A stretch of 64,000 bases of DNA, taken from Leucoraja erinacea (taxonomy: Eukaryota). The number at the start of each line of letters is the position of its first letter. Position 1 is the stretch's first letter. The notes under the pieces were generated by a model. That model ran no database searches, was not told the origin of the DNA, and saw only the letters and a list, made by a program, of their open reading frames with translations. The stretch lies in contig NW_026576125.1 of NCBI RefSeq assembly GCF_028641065.1, positions 124,001 to 188,000 of the forward strand, in the 5' to 3' direction. This document shows, piece by piece, positions 50,430 to 64,000 of this stretch. Position numbers and translations under genes: made by a program.

Positions 50430-52205
50430 GGTATCACATGATATCGATTTTATTCCACCCAGATGATTAATATATGCCACCACTGTGGTATTATCAATTT
50501 GTAGGCGGACATGCAAATGGTGCATTGTTGAGCTGTATGCTTTTAGCCCTTAAAAAACGCACCCAAAGTCTCTAAATAATTGATACCCAGTGTTTGTAGT
50601 AACGATGATTCCTGTATGTTCCATCTACCACCAGTACTGGATATAGTGTTAGTAGCTCCCCATCCGTGAGTGCTGGCATCAGTTTGTAATGTGAATGATG
50701 GGTAACTAATAATGATGGGGCTGGAACTATGCCAAATATTTTGCTTCCACCATTGTAACTCCGAGATCGCTTTGGTTGGTAATTGGATAGGTCGATCAAA
50801 ATTACCTGCATGTCGTTTCAGTGCTTGCACCTTTTCCCTTTGTAAATTTTGATAATTCAAAGGTCCAAACTGTGTAGCTGGAAATGATGCTACTAGTTTC
50901 CCAATTACTCTTGCCACCTGTGGAATGGATGGTTGACTCGTGCCAACCAATTTGTTCCAGCCCCATCAAGTTTGCTGCTTTATTCTTTGGCAATGTTACA
51001 GACATGTTACAGACATGTGGATAGTGTCAATTGTGAATCCCAGATACTCCATAGTTGTGGATGGCGTCAACTTAGATTTATCTGCATGAATGACGAACCC
51101 CAGTTTTTCAAACAAATGTTTGGTAGCTAAGACTGCTAACTTAGCTAGTTCCAAGGTTTTCCCCACAATTAATATATCATCAAGATATGCCATGACAATA
51201 TGTTTTTGTTTCCTGAGCATTACCAAGACCGGTTTTAATATCTTGGTAAATAGTCTTGAGGCTGATGTTAACACATTAGGCAATGCTTTATACTGCACAG
51301 TTGTCCCATCCAATTACATTTTAGGTATCGGCGATGATCCTTCTGTATAGGTACCGAATAGTATGCATCTTTTAGATCGATGCAAGCCATGAAGTAACCT
51401 TCGGAAATCAATTGCTTGGCAGTAACAAATGTTTCCATTTTGAAATGAATATACTTTACAAAGTTATGCAGTTTTGTTAAGTCAATGATGATGAGACATC
51501 CACCATCTTTTATAGTTTTCGTGAATATGTTGAATACAAATTCTAGAGAGTCATATTCCGATCTCTCTATTACTCCTTTGGCATATAACCTCTCAAGTTC
51601 TGCATGTCCTTCCAATTTTTCCTGTTGTGAGAGTACAAACTCTTGGTTAGGCACATGTTGAACTGGGGGCATGTCTTTTTGGATGAACTCAATTTCATAT
51701 CCCTGAATACTTTGTAGTATATAATTATCAGTAGTAATAGACCTCCATGCCTCCCAAAACAGGTGGAACCTTCCCCCTGTTAGTACAGAACCTACACCTT
51801 TTATGTTCTGGAAGGAACCTGACCCACATACCTCCATGGTTACCGGTGGCATATTCAATTCTTCAGCTTCTGCCTCTTCTGCGGACAAGGCGCCGGAGTG
51901 TGGGGTTGGCGCATTTTCCATGAGGGTCACTCTGGGCCTTGGCCTAAAACAGACCTTTGTGGTTGCTGCGCGGCCCTCATGCTTTCACCAGCATCCTGGT
52001 GTCGATGCCTGCTGGTGGATGCATAGGGGTGCTGGCGTCTAGGGTGTGAGGTCTTGCTCGTTCCTGATGATGCCCTCATGAGCCCAACGGCTTTAGCCTC
52101 TTCATCGAGCTCTTTGACTTGCTTTGACAAATTTCTCCCAAATAGCAGTATTTGTGGTTTTGTTGCAGCTGTTTTACACAACCCTGCAAACTTGGGGTTT
52201 AGTGC
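50430..52205 (-). mobile_element. DIRS-type retrotransposon fragment (gag end, RT, RNase H)
   Basis: IDLKDAYYSVPI, YLDDILIVG, LQTDAS.HGWG, LQIDNTTVVAYIN.LGG across frameshifted ORFs. Confidence 0.9.
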
Positions 52206-55200
52206 AGGTTTTACTTTGGAGTCACGTGAGTGACTACATGAAGAAGGCCGTCATTACACTTGGCGCATCATTACGTTAACTCGCTTTGCGCAAACGAGCC
52301 GAGTGGCGGCAGCATTCGCGCTGTCCAGCGGTAAGTTTTAACCAACAAGGTAAGTTTTTAAATTAATTTAAACATAACGGGCCAGAAGTACCTAGGTAAA
52401 CCCAATTGGAGGGTTAGCCACTATATTCTCTCTCTCTCTCTCTGAGGAAGGGAGCACAAGGAGAAAGCCCGCAAACAAGTCGGGCCAGGAGGATTCCCTC
52501 CTTCATGGGTAACGTGTTTAAACATTCAAACCCACATGGAGCACCTGATGGAGAGGTGCTCCACAATGATATACTCCAAAGGAGGGAGTTATCAGCCCGG
52601 GTATTATGGAGAACCCGCAGGCAGCAGCATCTGTTTCAGGGCTACACAAATGTCATCTGCACCAAGGAGAGGAGCATCCAGGGCTAGTTTCAGTCTGACC
52701 AAAAGCAAAGAACCTGACATAGGTCTGCTGGAGAGGCTATGTCAACGCAGGTATCCTCAGGGGCCTGCAGCAGCACCTGTTTCAGGGCAGCCTACGAATT
52801 CACTCTCTGTGGAGGGGAGTGCGAGTGGTCAGTAGGTAACTGATCTCGAATTTAGAGTAAGAACATACTGAAGCACATGCAAATGGCCTCAAGAGACTCA
52901 CAAACAAAGGGTTTGCTACCGGAAGAGTTGGTCTCCAGCCGTTGGCAGAATACTCAGAAGGGGCCAGAGTTCTCACGCTACAAGTGCCGGCAAAAGGAAC
53001 AGCGCTATCAGGGTGACATTGGAGGGCGAAGTCCAGGTAATGAAACCAGCCGCCGAATCCTCTCTTCAGGTAAGATCAGAAGAAGGAAGCTAAAGCTGTC
53101 GGACTGATCAAGGTAACAACAATGAGCAAAGCTTCATCAGTAAGCAACAACACACCCACACCTCCATAGGGGGTAAACGGTTTACTGAAGCCGGTGGTAG
53201 CTTGAAAGCTGGGCACGGGAATATGACCAAAGTCGTCTTTCAAGGCAGATTCAGAGTTATGGCCAGAATTGTCTTCAATGCAGGCTTACTATGATGAGGG
53301 TTCAGACCTAGACCCAAGCAGGGGTCAGGAGAAGATGGAATCCACCTACCAGTCCTAGTCCCTTATCAAGGAGAGAAAAGGAACCCACATCAGCGGCCTT
53401 TAGGCTTACCACAAGACCACCGGTAGCCATGGAGGTAGGTGGGTCTGGGTTTACCGAAACAAAGGATTGTGGACCAGTTACATGTTGGTAATCTTACTCT
53501 TGTGTTTTTGTTCAAAATGACAATGAAAAACAACAGGAGTTTCAGATCTGGTTTAAAAAAAACAAAACAGATAGTAACATGTGATTACTTTTACTGCACA
53601 CATACATAGGTTCCAAGCAGACTTGGAATTGGGACCGGAGTTGTCTTTGAGGCAAGCCTAGTATTATGGACAGGATTGCCTTTCAGGATTGGTGACAGAT
53701 GGAGGATGTCACTTCATCCAGGTTTAACTCATATGTGCAGTACAGATTTTCAGAATAGTAAATTTTGTTATGGTCTAACAACTGTTTTATAGGAGCTATA
53801 TGGCAAAGATATCAAAGGTATTTTATTGGTCACATTCACATACACCCAGGTGTAGTGAAGTGAAATGCTTCTTGCCATTTTGCAGCACACAAAGAAGGAA
53901 TACAGACATAACATTAATACGAGTTTTAAACATAAAGAACATCCCCCCACAATGGTTCCCATTATGAGGGAAGGCACAAAGTCCAGTCCCCAACCCCAGT
54001 TCACCCATAGTCGGGCCCATTGAGGCCTCCACAGTTGCCTCCATGGAGGCCCGATGTTCCAGGCCGTTCTCGCCGTGTGATGTTGCTCTGACGTCGGGAG
54101 AGTCCTCTCAGCGGCTTGGGAACCCTGGAATGGTCGCTTCCGTACTGGAGGCCGCGGCTTCCAAAGCCAACAAGGCCGCGCAGGTTGGAGCTCCACAACT
54201 GGCGATCTCATCTAGAGATCCCAGGCTCCCGGTGTAAAGTCAGCACCGCCGCCCGCAGCTGGTCGCTCCACAGTCCCGCAGCTCCGCGATGTTTTCCTCA
54301 GCGATCTTCAGCTCACCGGAGCTCCAGCGCGGCGACCCGGGCAAGGCATCGCCCGCACCGCGATAGCGCTCCAGCCGAGGTTCTGGGCGGTCCCCAACAG
54401 GAAACGCCACTCCAGGCCCGCTGGTGGCTGCGAGGACTGGTCGAAGCTGCAGCCCGGAGAAAAACTGCCTCTCCGACCAGGTAGGGACACTGAAAGGTAG
54501 TTTCCCCCTTCCCCCCACATAAAAACGTGTAGACATCCAAACAAAACACTTAACTAACTAAAATAAAAAATAAAAAGATGAAAAGACAGACAGCTGCTGG
54601 CTGGGCAGCCGTGCACAGACAGCGCCCCCTACTGTCCTCAATGCATCAAGCATGCATCAATCTCAAAGATGCATGCTATGCAGTTTCCCATTCATTGAAA
54701 TCACCAGGGATATTTGAAATTTACCTGGATGGTGCAATAATAATAGTAAAAGCTTTGCAAAATAGGCTAACTACAGTTCCCAGCTTTATTTACCAAATTT
54801 CCAAACGGAGCTTGGGCTGCTCAGAGCTCAAGAACATTAGTTATCATTTATCTGGAATGATGTTAAATGCTGGGTTTTGCTAAAAATTAACTGTTATAGG
54901 CCCAAACTATATTTGAAGAATCAGGGTCCCACCCATCCAGTTCAATTTAAGTTGATACCAATCGGAGCTACTGATTATTGGGATCAGCATTTAACACTCA
55001 ACTAACAAGTTGATGTTAAATCCTTGGAGTAAGAGATGCAATTAACAGAAGCCTGTAACAACCTTGTTGGTTATTAAGCAGCTTTCTATTCATCAAGATG
55101 TAGTTGACAATATAGCAGCTGTGTATCAGCGGTACAAATTGGGCTTTGCATTACCTGAAGTTAAAACATGCAAAGAATTAACCTCTCTAGTACCATATAG

Positions 55201-55215
55201 GTCATTACTAATCAA

Positions 55216-58200
55216 TAGAGCCAGGATGTTTAGGCGCTAAAAATCTCTAAAATAGGCAGGCAAAAAGGCATAATAAAATTACAAAAAGGCACGAAAAAGG
55301 CATTTATTGACAAAAAAGGCATAAAGACACAATTATTTCCATGACCAAAATATGGTTAAAAATGATAATATAAAGGTATACTACATTAAATTACCAAAGT
55401 TGCCTGGTTGCACATAACTACGAGCATTTTATCAAATTATCTGGTGTTATACTATGCCGTCTGTCAGACAGAATGTGCTTCAGTTGTGAAAAACTTCTTT
55501 CTACCCCAGCTAAGGTCACTGGTACATACCTGAAACAAGCTACAAACTCTACATTCATGTTGATATCTTGTGCATTACAACTACCTTTGGGAACTTTAAC
55601 TATGTTTTATTTCTTCAAGATCTTTGTTAGCTAAAATCACTCTCTCACATTTTCCTTGTATGTCTTTCCCTACATCGCCAGAAACTTTAAGTAAATAGTA
55701 AAGCAAATGAAGATGTAAACAACTGAGCAATAGTTGTGCTCTTTGACTTCGCCAATACTTCTGATGTTCTAAGTAAAATGGTTGACCTGCCTCCAGTGTA
55801 CCAATGACCACATTGGCAACATGCCAACGTGCGCTCACTGGCAAACAAAATGGATGAACTCCAGCTAAGGATCACCTCCCACAACTGGATCAAGGACTGC
55901 AACATCCTGATCTTCACGGAAACTTGGCTCAACACTGACGTTCCTGACAGCGCCATCCAGCTATCGGGGCGTCACTTACTCCGAGCGGACAGAACATCAG
56001 ACTCTGGTAAGACCAGAGGTGGGGGTCTGTGCATTTATGTAAACAAAGCAGGGTGCACGGACTCCACCATCATCGAGAGTCACTGCTCAGCTAATCTTGA
56101 GTTCCTCTTGGTTAGATGCAGACCGTTCTATCTGCCCAGAGAGTTCACCTCCACTGTTGTGACTGCAGCCTATATCCCTCCTGATGCTAATGCCAAGCTT
56201 GCAATGAAAGAGCTGCATACTGCCATTAGCAAACAACAGACTCACAACCCCGAGGTAGCCTTCATTGTTGCGGGTGACTTCAATCACTCTAACCTGAAGA
56301 CTGTACTCCCCAAATTCCACCAACATGTATCCTTCCCCACTAGAGTAGACAAGACACTGGACAAAGTCTACACCAACATGGCTGAAGCTTACAAAGCCAT
56401 CCCCCTGCCCCACCTTGGTCAGTCTGATCACGTCTCATTGTTCCTGCTCCCTAAGTACTCCCCACTCATCAGACGGGTTAAACCAACTGTGAGGACAGTT
56501 AAAGTCTGGTCAGAGGAAGTGGACTTCACACTTCAGAAGTGTTTTGGAAACACTGACTGGAAGGCGTTTGCAGCCCAGGCCACCCTTGACTCCCACAAGC
56601 ACATTGATTCCTACACATCCTCTGTTCTGGACTTTATAAACTCCACCATCAATAGTGTCACCTCCCTCAAACAGGTGACCATATACCCGAATCAGAAGCC
56701 ATGGCTGAACAGTGAGGTCAGGCTACTGCTGAAAGCACGGGACACCGCTTTCAGGTCAGGCGATGCTCAAGCCTACAGTTCATACAGGGCTAACCTGAAG
56801 AGGGGCATCAGGAAGGCCCAGCACTGCCATAAGCTCGGGATTGAGGAGCACTTCAACAACAACTCCGACCCCCGACGCATGTGGCAAGGCATCCAGGCAA
56901 TCACGGACTACAGACCCTCCAACATCACCCCCACATCCAGCGACGCCTCCTTCCTTGAGGAGCTTAATCACTTCTATGGCCGCTTCGACAGGGACAATCT
57001 AGAGACAGCCATCAAGGCTGTGCTACCTGCCGATCACCAACCCCTCACACTCACCCCCTACGACGTATATGTGGCACTGAGTAGGACTAATGCACGTAAA
57101 GCTGCTGGCCCTGACGGCATCCCCGGGCGCGTGCTCAGGGCCTGTGCTGTGCAGCTGACAGACGTCTGGACTGACATCTTCAACCTGTCACTTGCCCAAG
57201 CAGTTGTCCCCACTTGCCTTAAAACCACCTCCATCGTGCCAGTGCCAAAACACTCCACTGCGGCAAGCCTCAACGACTTCCGCCCAGTTGCACTTACCCC
57301 CATCATCACCAAGTGCTTCGAGAGGCTGGTCCTGGCACACCTCAAAAGCTGCCTACCCCCCACATTGGATCCCTATCAGTTTGCCTACCGCAAGAACAGG
57401 AGTACGGAGGATGCCATCTCAACGGCACTTCACTCCGCCCTCTCCCACCTCGACAACAGAGACACTTACGTAAGAATGCTGTTCATCGATTACAGCTCAG
57501 CATTCAACACCATTATACCATCAAAACTGATCACCAAACTCAGTAACCTGGGCATCGACCCCTCCCTCTGCAACTGGATACTGGACTTTCTAACCAACAG
57601 ACCCCAGTCTGTGAGGTTAGACAAGCACGCCTCTTCAACCCTCACCCTGAACACCGGTGTTCCACAGGGCTGTGTGCTGAGCCCCCTCCTCTACTCTCTC
57701 TTCACCTATGACTGCACACCTGTACATGGTACTCACACCATCATCAAGTATGCAGATGATACAACGGTGATTGGCCTCATCAGCAACAACGATGAGCTGG
57801 CCTACAGGGAGGAGGTCCAGCACTTAGCAGCTTGGTGCGCTGACAACAATCTGGCCCTTAACTCCAAGAAGACCAAGGAGCTCATTGTAGACTTCAGGAA
57901 GTCCAGAGGCGGCACGCACACCCCCATCCACATTAACGGGACGGAGGTGGAACGTGTTTCTAGCTTCAGGTTCCTGGGAGTCAACATCTCCGATGACCTC
58001 TCTTGGACCCACAATACCTCTACTCTGATCAAGAAGGCTCATCAGCGTCTCTTCTTCCTGAGGAGACTGAAGAAGGTCCATCTGTCTCCTCAGATCCTGG
58101 TGAACTTCTACCGCTGCACCATCGAGAGCATCCTTACCAACTGCATCACAGTATGGTATGGCATCTGCTCTGTCTCCGACCAGAAGGCATTGCAGAGGGT

Positions 58201-59643
58201 GGTGAAAATTGCCCAACGCATCACCGGTTCCTCGCTCCCCTCCATTGAGTCTGTCCAAAGCAAGCGCTGTCTGCGGAGGGCACTCAGCATCGCCAAGGAC
58301 TGCTCTCACCCAAACCATGGACTGTTTACCCTCCTACCATCCGGGAGGCGCTACAGGTCTCTCCGTTGCCGAACCAGCAGGTCGAGGAACAGCTTCTTTC
58401 CGGCGGCTGTCACTCTACTCAACAACGTACCTCGTTGACTGCCAATCACCACCCCCCCCCGGACACTTATTATTATTTATTCAAATCGTTTGTTATGTCG
58501 CTCTTCCAGGGAGATGCTAAATGCATTTCATTGTCTCTGTACTGTACACTGACAATGACAATTAAAATTGAATCTGAATCTGAATCTGAACATACCTCCC
58601 CACAGCATCAATTGTCTCGTCTATTGAGATCCATATTTTGTTGCGTGCAACTTCGTCTCTAATTTTCTGCACAACAATGTTGAAGTATCTGTCAACATAA
58701 ATTTTCCATAACGATGACTCGCTCGGTATATGTTCCTCTGTGTATTTCTCTAAAAAACCTCTGAGAGATTTGTTTTCCAATTTCCACAGTGCAATTCCAG
58801 CATTAATGAATGCTTTGCCCAGATCACTTGAAAACTCAGATTTGCGACTGGAGCCAGCAGTAAATGTTGTGGGGAGACAAGCTTGCATATTTCCTACCTT
58901 CAGTTTCTCTGCTGCCAACTTGTGTTTAGCTGTCTGTACATGCTGGGGGACAAAATATTTCTTCTCATGATTCACTGCTTTCTCACATGCTTTGCAAAAC
59001 AGCACCCAGTTGGCTGTAGAAAATATATCACTCCCGTACACTCTCACCAAATCGTTCAGTTTTTTTACAAGGCATTGACTCGACTTTAGACATTTTGACT
59101 CTTGCAGGGTAGATCCTACAGGAGCAGGGATGCAGACCTCTATAGGCAGGCTAAGTATAAGCTGAGAAGAGGAATCAGAGCTGCCAAGGAGAGGTACTCT
59201 GAGAAGTTGAGGAGCAAGTTCTCAGCAAATGACTCTTTTTCAGTGTGGAATGACTTGCAAGAAATCACAAGCTACAAGAGGAAAAATCCCCCGCTCCTTG
59301 GACAATTGTCAGCTGACCAATGACCTGAACGAGTTCTACTGCAGGTGCGATAAACAGAAACTTAACCCTGATATCCCCCACACCCCCTCCCCAACCAACA
59401 CTGCACACCTATTCACAGCCTGACTCCAGTTTGAAAAGATTAGATCCTTCCCCACATACTCCTTCCCAATCACCACTTCACACCCACTTACAGCCGGGTT
59501 TCGCCCCGGTGGTGTAAATTTTCTTGTAGGTTACGTTAAAATAGCAAAAAAGAGGCACTCATGAAAAAGGCATTATCTTCCTGAAATCATCAAAAAAGGC
59601 ATGAAAAGGCGCATATGGCATTTATGGCAAAATCCTGGCTTTA
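55216..59643 (-). mobile_element. hAT DNA transposon with CGGBP1-like (hAT19-type) transposase remnant
   Basis: TIR TAGAGCCAGGAT / TAAAGCCAGGAT; 8-bp TSD ctaatcaa / ctaataaa; aaaaggca subterminal repeats. ORF has LFCKAC...QHVQTAKH zinc finger and IWISIDET.D..GRYV|ANVVIG. Confidence 0.85.
55823..58590 (+). mobile_element. Rex1/Babar LINE with uninterrupted 869-aa endonuclease-RT frame (55829-58438)
   Basis: FTETWL, AGDFN, SDH (APE); [12 protein letters not shown] (RT); (tgaatc)n tail; aacat repeated at both junctions. Confidence 0.95.
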
Positions 59644-62600
59644 CTAATAAACCTATGCTATTCTCAGCTGAAGCTACCGAAATCATGATGGTGGCAGTAT
59701 TCAGCATTGCTCCAGTATTTTTGGTCAGGTATACTTAGTATTACAAATTGATGCTAGTGCTCAAAGATGAGAAGTATGGTATGCCATCTCCAGTTACGGA
59801 GGCGGATGCGGGTTGCATAAGTTACCAATTTTCAGTAATTGGTATCAACTACATATAACTCGGTGCATTCAATATGTTAAAGGTTATTGTAAGAATGTGC
59901 ACAATCTGCATGCTCAACTCCAAGTTGATACACTGTGGGGTGGCATGTGTTAGTCACATGGGTGCTATGAAGTTAAATATACTGTGATATTTACCTAATC
60001 TTATTTTGAAACTACTGTGTCATGTGAAATCTATGAAACACAGGATGGATGTTGGACTATAAAGTATATAATGTCATTTTGGCTCGATGGAACATCGACT
60101 ATCGATATATTTACATACGGGCTTATTTACCAGCTGTAAAACATGTGTCATACAGTGACAAAAGATACATTATCGCCAGTTGGTGGAGGAATTATTGCAT
60201 GTGTGTTTTCTCCATTCTGCCTCATCAGTGGGGTTTTGCAATTTATCCAGCAAGACACCGCTTCAGGCCTCAATCTGCCTGACTGACATACGCAGCCATG
60301 GTTCCCGCTAATATAGGGAATTATATAGAATCTATATGGTTATTCAAAGCATAAAACTTGCTGGTAGAGCATGTGACTCGGGAGACCAGCGTCCGCCTGA
60401 TACATCAAGTCATTGACTTGAAGACTCTGAGACGATTTCTGCGCCGCGGGTTGTCAGACAAATCCGTGGAGTGCTCACTGCACAATGCAGGATAGCACCA
60501 AAAGAGGCAGGACATCTCCACTTCAACAGATGGGAAACGATTTTAGCTGAATACACATGTTACATGCTATACAGCATGAATAACTGATGTCCTTGAGTTC
60601 ATTTTCATATGAGTCTTTGAAAATTCTCATTTACAGTGCCATTAAACGGTGCAAACGTGCTTCTCATCATATTTGCAGCAGCAAGTGGAACCCATTCTGT
60701 CGGGTCTCAGCCTCTGATATCCAGAATTATATAGGATATCTTAACACAGGTTCTCCCAGGCCCAGTAACATGGGAGTATGGGACATGATTTAATGTTAAC
60801 ATTACTTCAGCAGGGGGCTCCAGCCACATCTTTATCTCAAGCCGGCTCTCAAAAGGTAATAATCCTCTTGACACTGCCCTCAGTGCAACGGGTCCAGTCA
60901 CAACATACGACTGGACAGGGTGGTTACATATGTTAATAACATAATATATTATGTTTTGATCTAATAAACCAGAGCTAAGCAGGCGTGAGGTACATACAGC
61001 TTCATGGCATACCCAATGGACCTTCTGGAATGTGAGGTTACGCAGTCACAACAATATGTCTAGATCACTTAGAGCCTTAAGGCTCCAAACGAAACAATGT
61101 TTTATGGAAGAAATATATATATATGTATTTGATAAGTTTAGTTCTACCATCTTCAGATGGTAAAACGGGAGTTTGGCGAATGCCGGCGTCAATACTAATA
61201 TTTCAACACGCACTCCACTGGGGCAGCTACCACATCAGCTCATAGGATAATGTACGTTTCCTTTGGACCACATCCTAGCAGCTGCAGGATGGTCAAACAA
61301 ACATACTTTACCAACTTTTAATATAACCCGTTGCCAAATCGGGGGTATTTGCCAACTCCATTTTTTGACTCTGTTAATAGTTTCCTCTGGATGAAAGGGG
61401 TCGCTATTAATTTCATTGGATGATCAAGCATCAGCATAACAAACCAAGTCATGTCTGAATGCATGAATCTTTTTTCACTCACCCATGGTCACTTCATGCA
61501 GTGTGTTAGGCATGGATTCAGTTCCGGTGTGAAATCACAGATCTTTGAAATCTTCATGTAGTCACTCACGTGACTCCGAAGTAAAATAGTCAGAATAAAC
61601 GAGAATTTACTAGTTTGAAGTTTGATCTTGATTTTATGAGGAGTTACGATGAATGATTACGTGCCCACCGCTCCCACCCTCATATTATCAAGGTCATACG
61701 GTAATTCCAGTTCTCAAAATCTTACTATGTTCATGGTCAACTACTTGTTTCTGTGATTCCATATCGCTGCTTTGAAGTATGACGCGCCAAGTGGGATGAC
61801 GGGCCTTCTGCACGTAATCGCTCATCGTACTATCGGATTATACTCATCGGATTATACCCGAGATAGACGCAAAATGCTGGAGGAACTCAGCGGGATGGGC
61901 AGTATATCTGGAGAAAAAAGGATGGGTGATGTTTTGGAAACCTTCTTCAGTGTGATGAGGGGGAGAGAGAGGGAAAATTGCTTAATTGTCTGACTAATGT
62001 TGCCTGTCGGACAGAGCATAAAACACAGAACAATGTTCGTCTCAGGAACGGGCCCTTCGACCCATGTCATAGGAGCAGAATTAGGCCATTCAGCCCATCG
62101 GGTCAGCTCCGCCATTCAGACCCGGCTGATCTATCTTTCCGTCTCAACCTCAATCTCCTGCCTTTTCCCCACAGTCAAGCTCTCAAGGTCAAGTATGTCT
62201 TATTGTGATATGTCCCGAAACGGAACAATGAAATTCTTACTTGCAACAATACAACAGGTATGTAAACATAGTACCCTGTAAAATCCGTAACCAACAACTA
62301 AAAAAGCTCAGTATACAGTGTATATGGATATAAAAATCTAGATGAACAATAATAGTGTAAAGTCAGAAACATTGTCCCCAAGTCTATGTAGTTCAGAGCT
62401 TATTTGGAGGTTGTAGTGTTTAATAGACTGATGGCTGTAGGGGAGAGGCTGCTTCTGAACCTGGACGTTACAATTATCAGGCTCAGCTGTTTTTCTACAT
62501 TTAAATATACCCAATGACCTGGTCTCAGCCATCTGTGGCAATGAATTCCACAGATTCACCATCCTCAGAGTGCAGATGATGTAGCTGAGAAGGAATTTCT

Positions 62601-64000
62601 TTAGCCAGAACTTAGCGAATCTGTGGAATTCATTGCCACTGACGATGATAGAGGCCAAGTCACTGGGTATTTTAAAAATGGAGATTGATAAGTTTAGTTC
62701 AGAGATACAGCATGGAAACTGGCCATTTGGCCCACCGACTCTGTGCCGACCAGTGATCACCCATAAACTAGTTCTACCCTACACACCAGGAACAATTTAC
62801 AGAAGACAATTAACCTACAAACCTGTACGTCTTTGGGATGTGGGAGGTAACTGGAGCACTCGGAGAAAACCCATGTTGTCACAGGGAGAACATGCAAACT
62901 CCGTACAAACAGCACCCGTAGTCAGGATCGAACCCGGGTCTTTGGCGCAGTAAGACGTCAACTCTACCGCTGTGCCGCCCCTGGTTCTTGATTAGGAAGG
63001 ACACCAATAGTTATGTGGAAAAGGCAGGAGAATGGGGTTGAGAGTGAAAAATCGATCAGCCATGATCGAATGGCGAAGTACTCGATGGGCTGAATTGGCC
63101 TAATTCTGTTCCTGTCATGCTGCCAAGTTCATCTAATCTCTACCCACACGTGATCCATTTCTCTCCATTCCCTGCACTTGCAAAAGCCTATCTAAAAGCC
63201 TCTTAAACACCACTATTGTATATACTCAGGCAATTATTGACTTACCCTAGTGGCAGGCAGTCTGAGTGAAATTTGAGCTGATTCCAACTTCCTACACAGC
63301 CGTATTGGAAAGTTGCTTGAACGGAAGTTACAAGATACATTATAATACCATTCAGGACAGGGTGTCTGGGAGTTTGGTCGGTTGTTCAGAAATACCAAAC
63401 CATTCACAGGGACGACTCTTTGCTAATGTTCCTTTGTCCTCGTTGCTCAAGCGTCAAGAGTGTTTAATTGTCGAATGTGTCGACTATGGAAGCACGACAT
63501 TCTTGCTTGCAGCAGCATAACAGGCCTGTAAACACAATGCACAGAGTTTAGTTTAGAGATACAGTGCAGAACAGGCCCTTTGGTCCATCGAGTCCGCATC
63601 AACCTGCAATCCCCACACATTAACACTATCCCACTCACACTAGGGACAATTTTACATTGACACCAAGCCAATTAACCTACAGACTTGTACATCTTTGGAG
63701 TGAGGGAGGAAACTGAAGATCTTGAAGAAAACCCACGCAGTCACAGGGAGAACGTACAAACTCAGTGCAGACAAGCACCGATAGTCAGGATCGAACCTGG
63801 GTCTCTGGTACCGTAATTAGGTATGTTACAAAACCTACCTGAATCGTCATTGGGAATCTGCCCACAGCCATGTCCGCGCTTTTGGCGCTGTTTGGAGGGG
63901 GCGGGTTTAAAACGCGATTTTTACTAGGCTGTTCTAATCGCAGATGTTCAGCCTAGTAAATCATTAACGAAAAATCGCTGCAAGACCCGGTCGCAAAAGG

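Larger units (their letters stand above)
52209..61835 (+). mobile_element. Degenerate full-length DIRS element with ITR/ICR ends and nested insertions
   Basis: Left end ttttactttggagtcacgtgagtgactacatgaaga is complementary to 61551-61586 and ~61780-61830. RT remnant CINLKDA.Y at ~54650 and tyrosine-recombinase remnant (ILAAAGWS) at ~61270. Confidence 0.8.

Noticed and set aside
12600-64000. Additional Ig/TCR V segments or host genes upstream of the cluster
   Set aside because: No Ig-fold ORFs, complete RSSs or multi-exon host gene were seen. Small exons cannot be excluded by eye.

Overview
Eukaryotic DNA from a cartilaginous fish, most likely a skate (Rajidae). The left 12 kb holds one germline-configuration immunoglobulin heavy-chain cluster of the IgW (IgX) type on the minus strand. 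Its order is TATA, leader, VH, D, JH, a 5.3-kb intron, CH1, CH2 and a Cys-rich secretory exon, and a further exon acceptor sits at the window edge. The cluster has two lesions: the VH recombination-signal heptamer lacks its CAC, and CH1 ends in phase 0, which frameshifts CH2. It also has two degenerate D-like slots on a ~200-bp lattice and apparent relic constant-domain exons in the introns. Most notably, a ~610-bp G-rich repeat carrying about 32 AGCT motifs lies in the J-CH1 intron; it resembles a tetrapod class-switch region in motif content and position. The remaining ~52 kb is almost entirely transposon-derived: CR1 and Rex1/Babar LINEs, Penelope elements with hammerhead ribozymes, DIRS elements, a CGGBP1-like hAT transposon, MITEs, a Helitron end and tRNA-derived SINEs. 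It also contains local duplications and a 139-N gap. Repeat-family names come from motif recognition, not database searches, and repeat boundaries are approximate unless a TSD or TIR is quoted.
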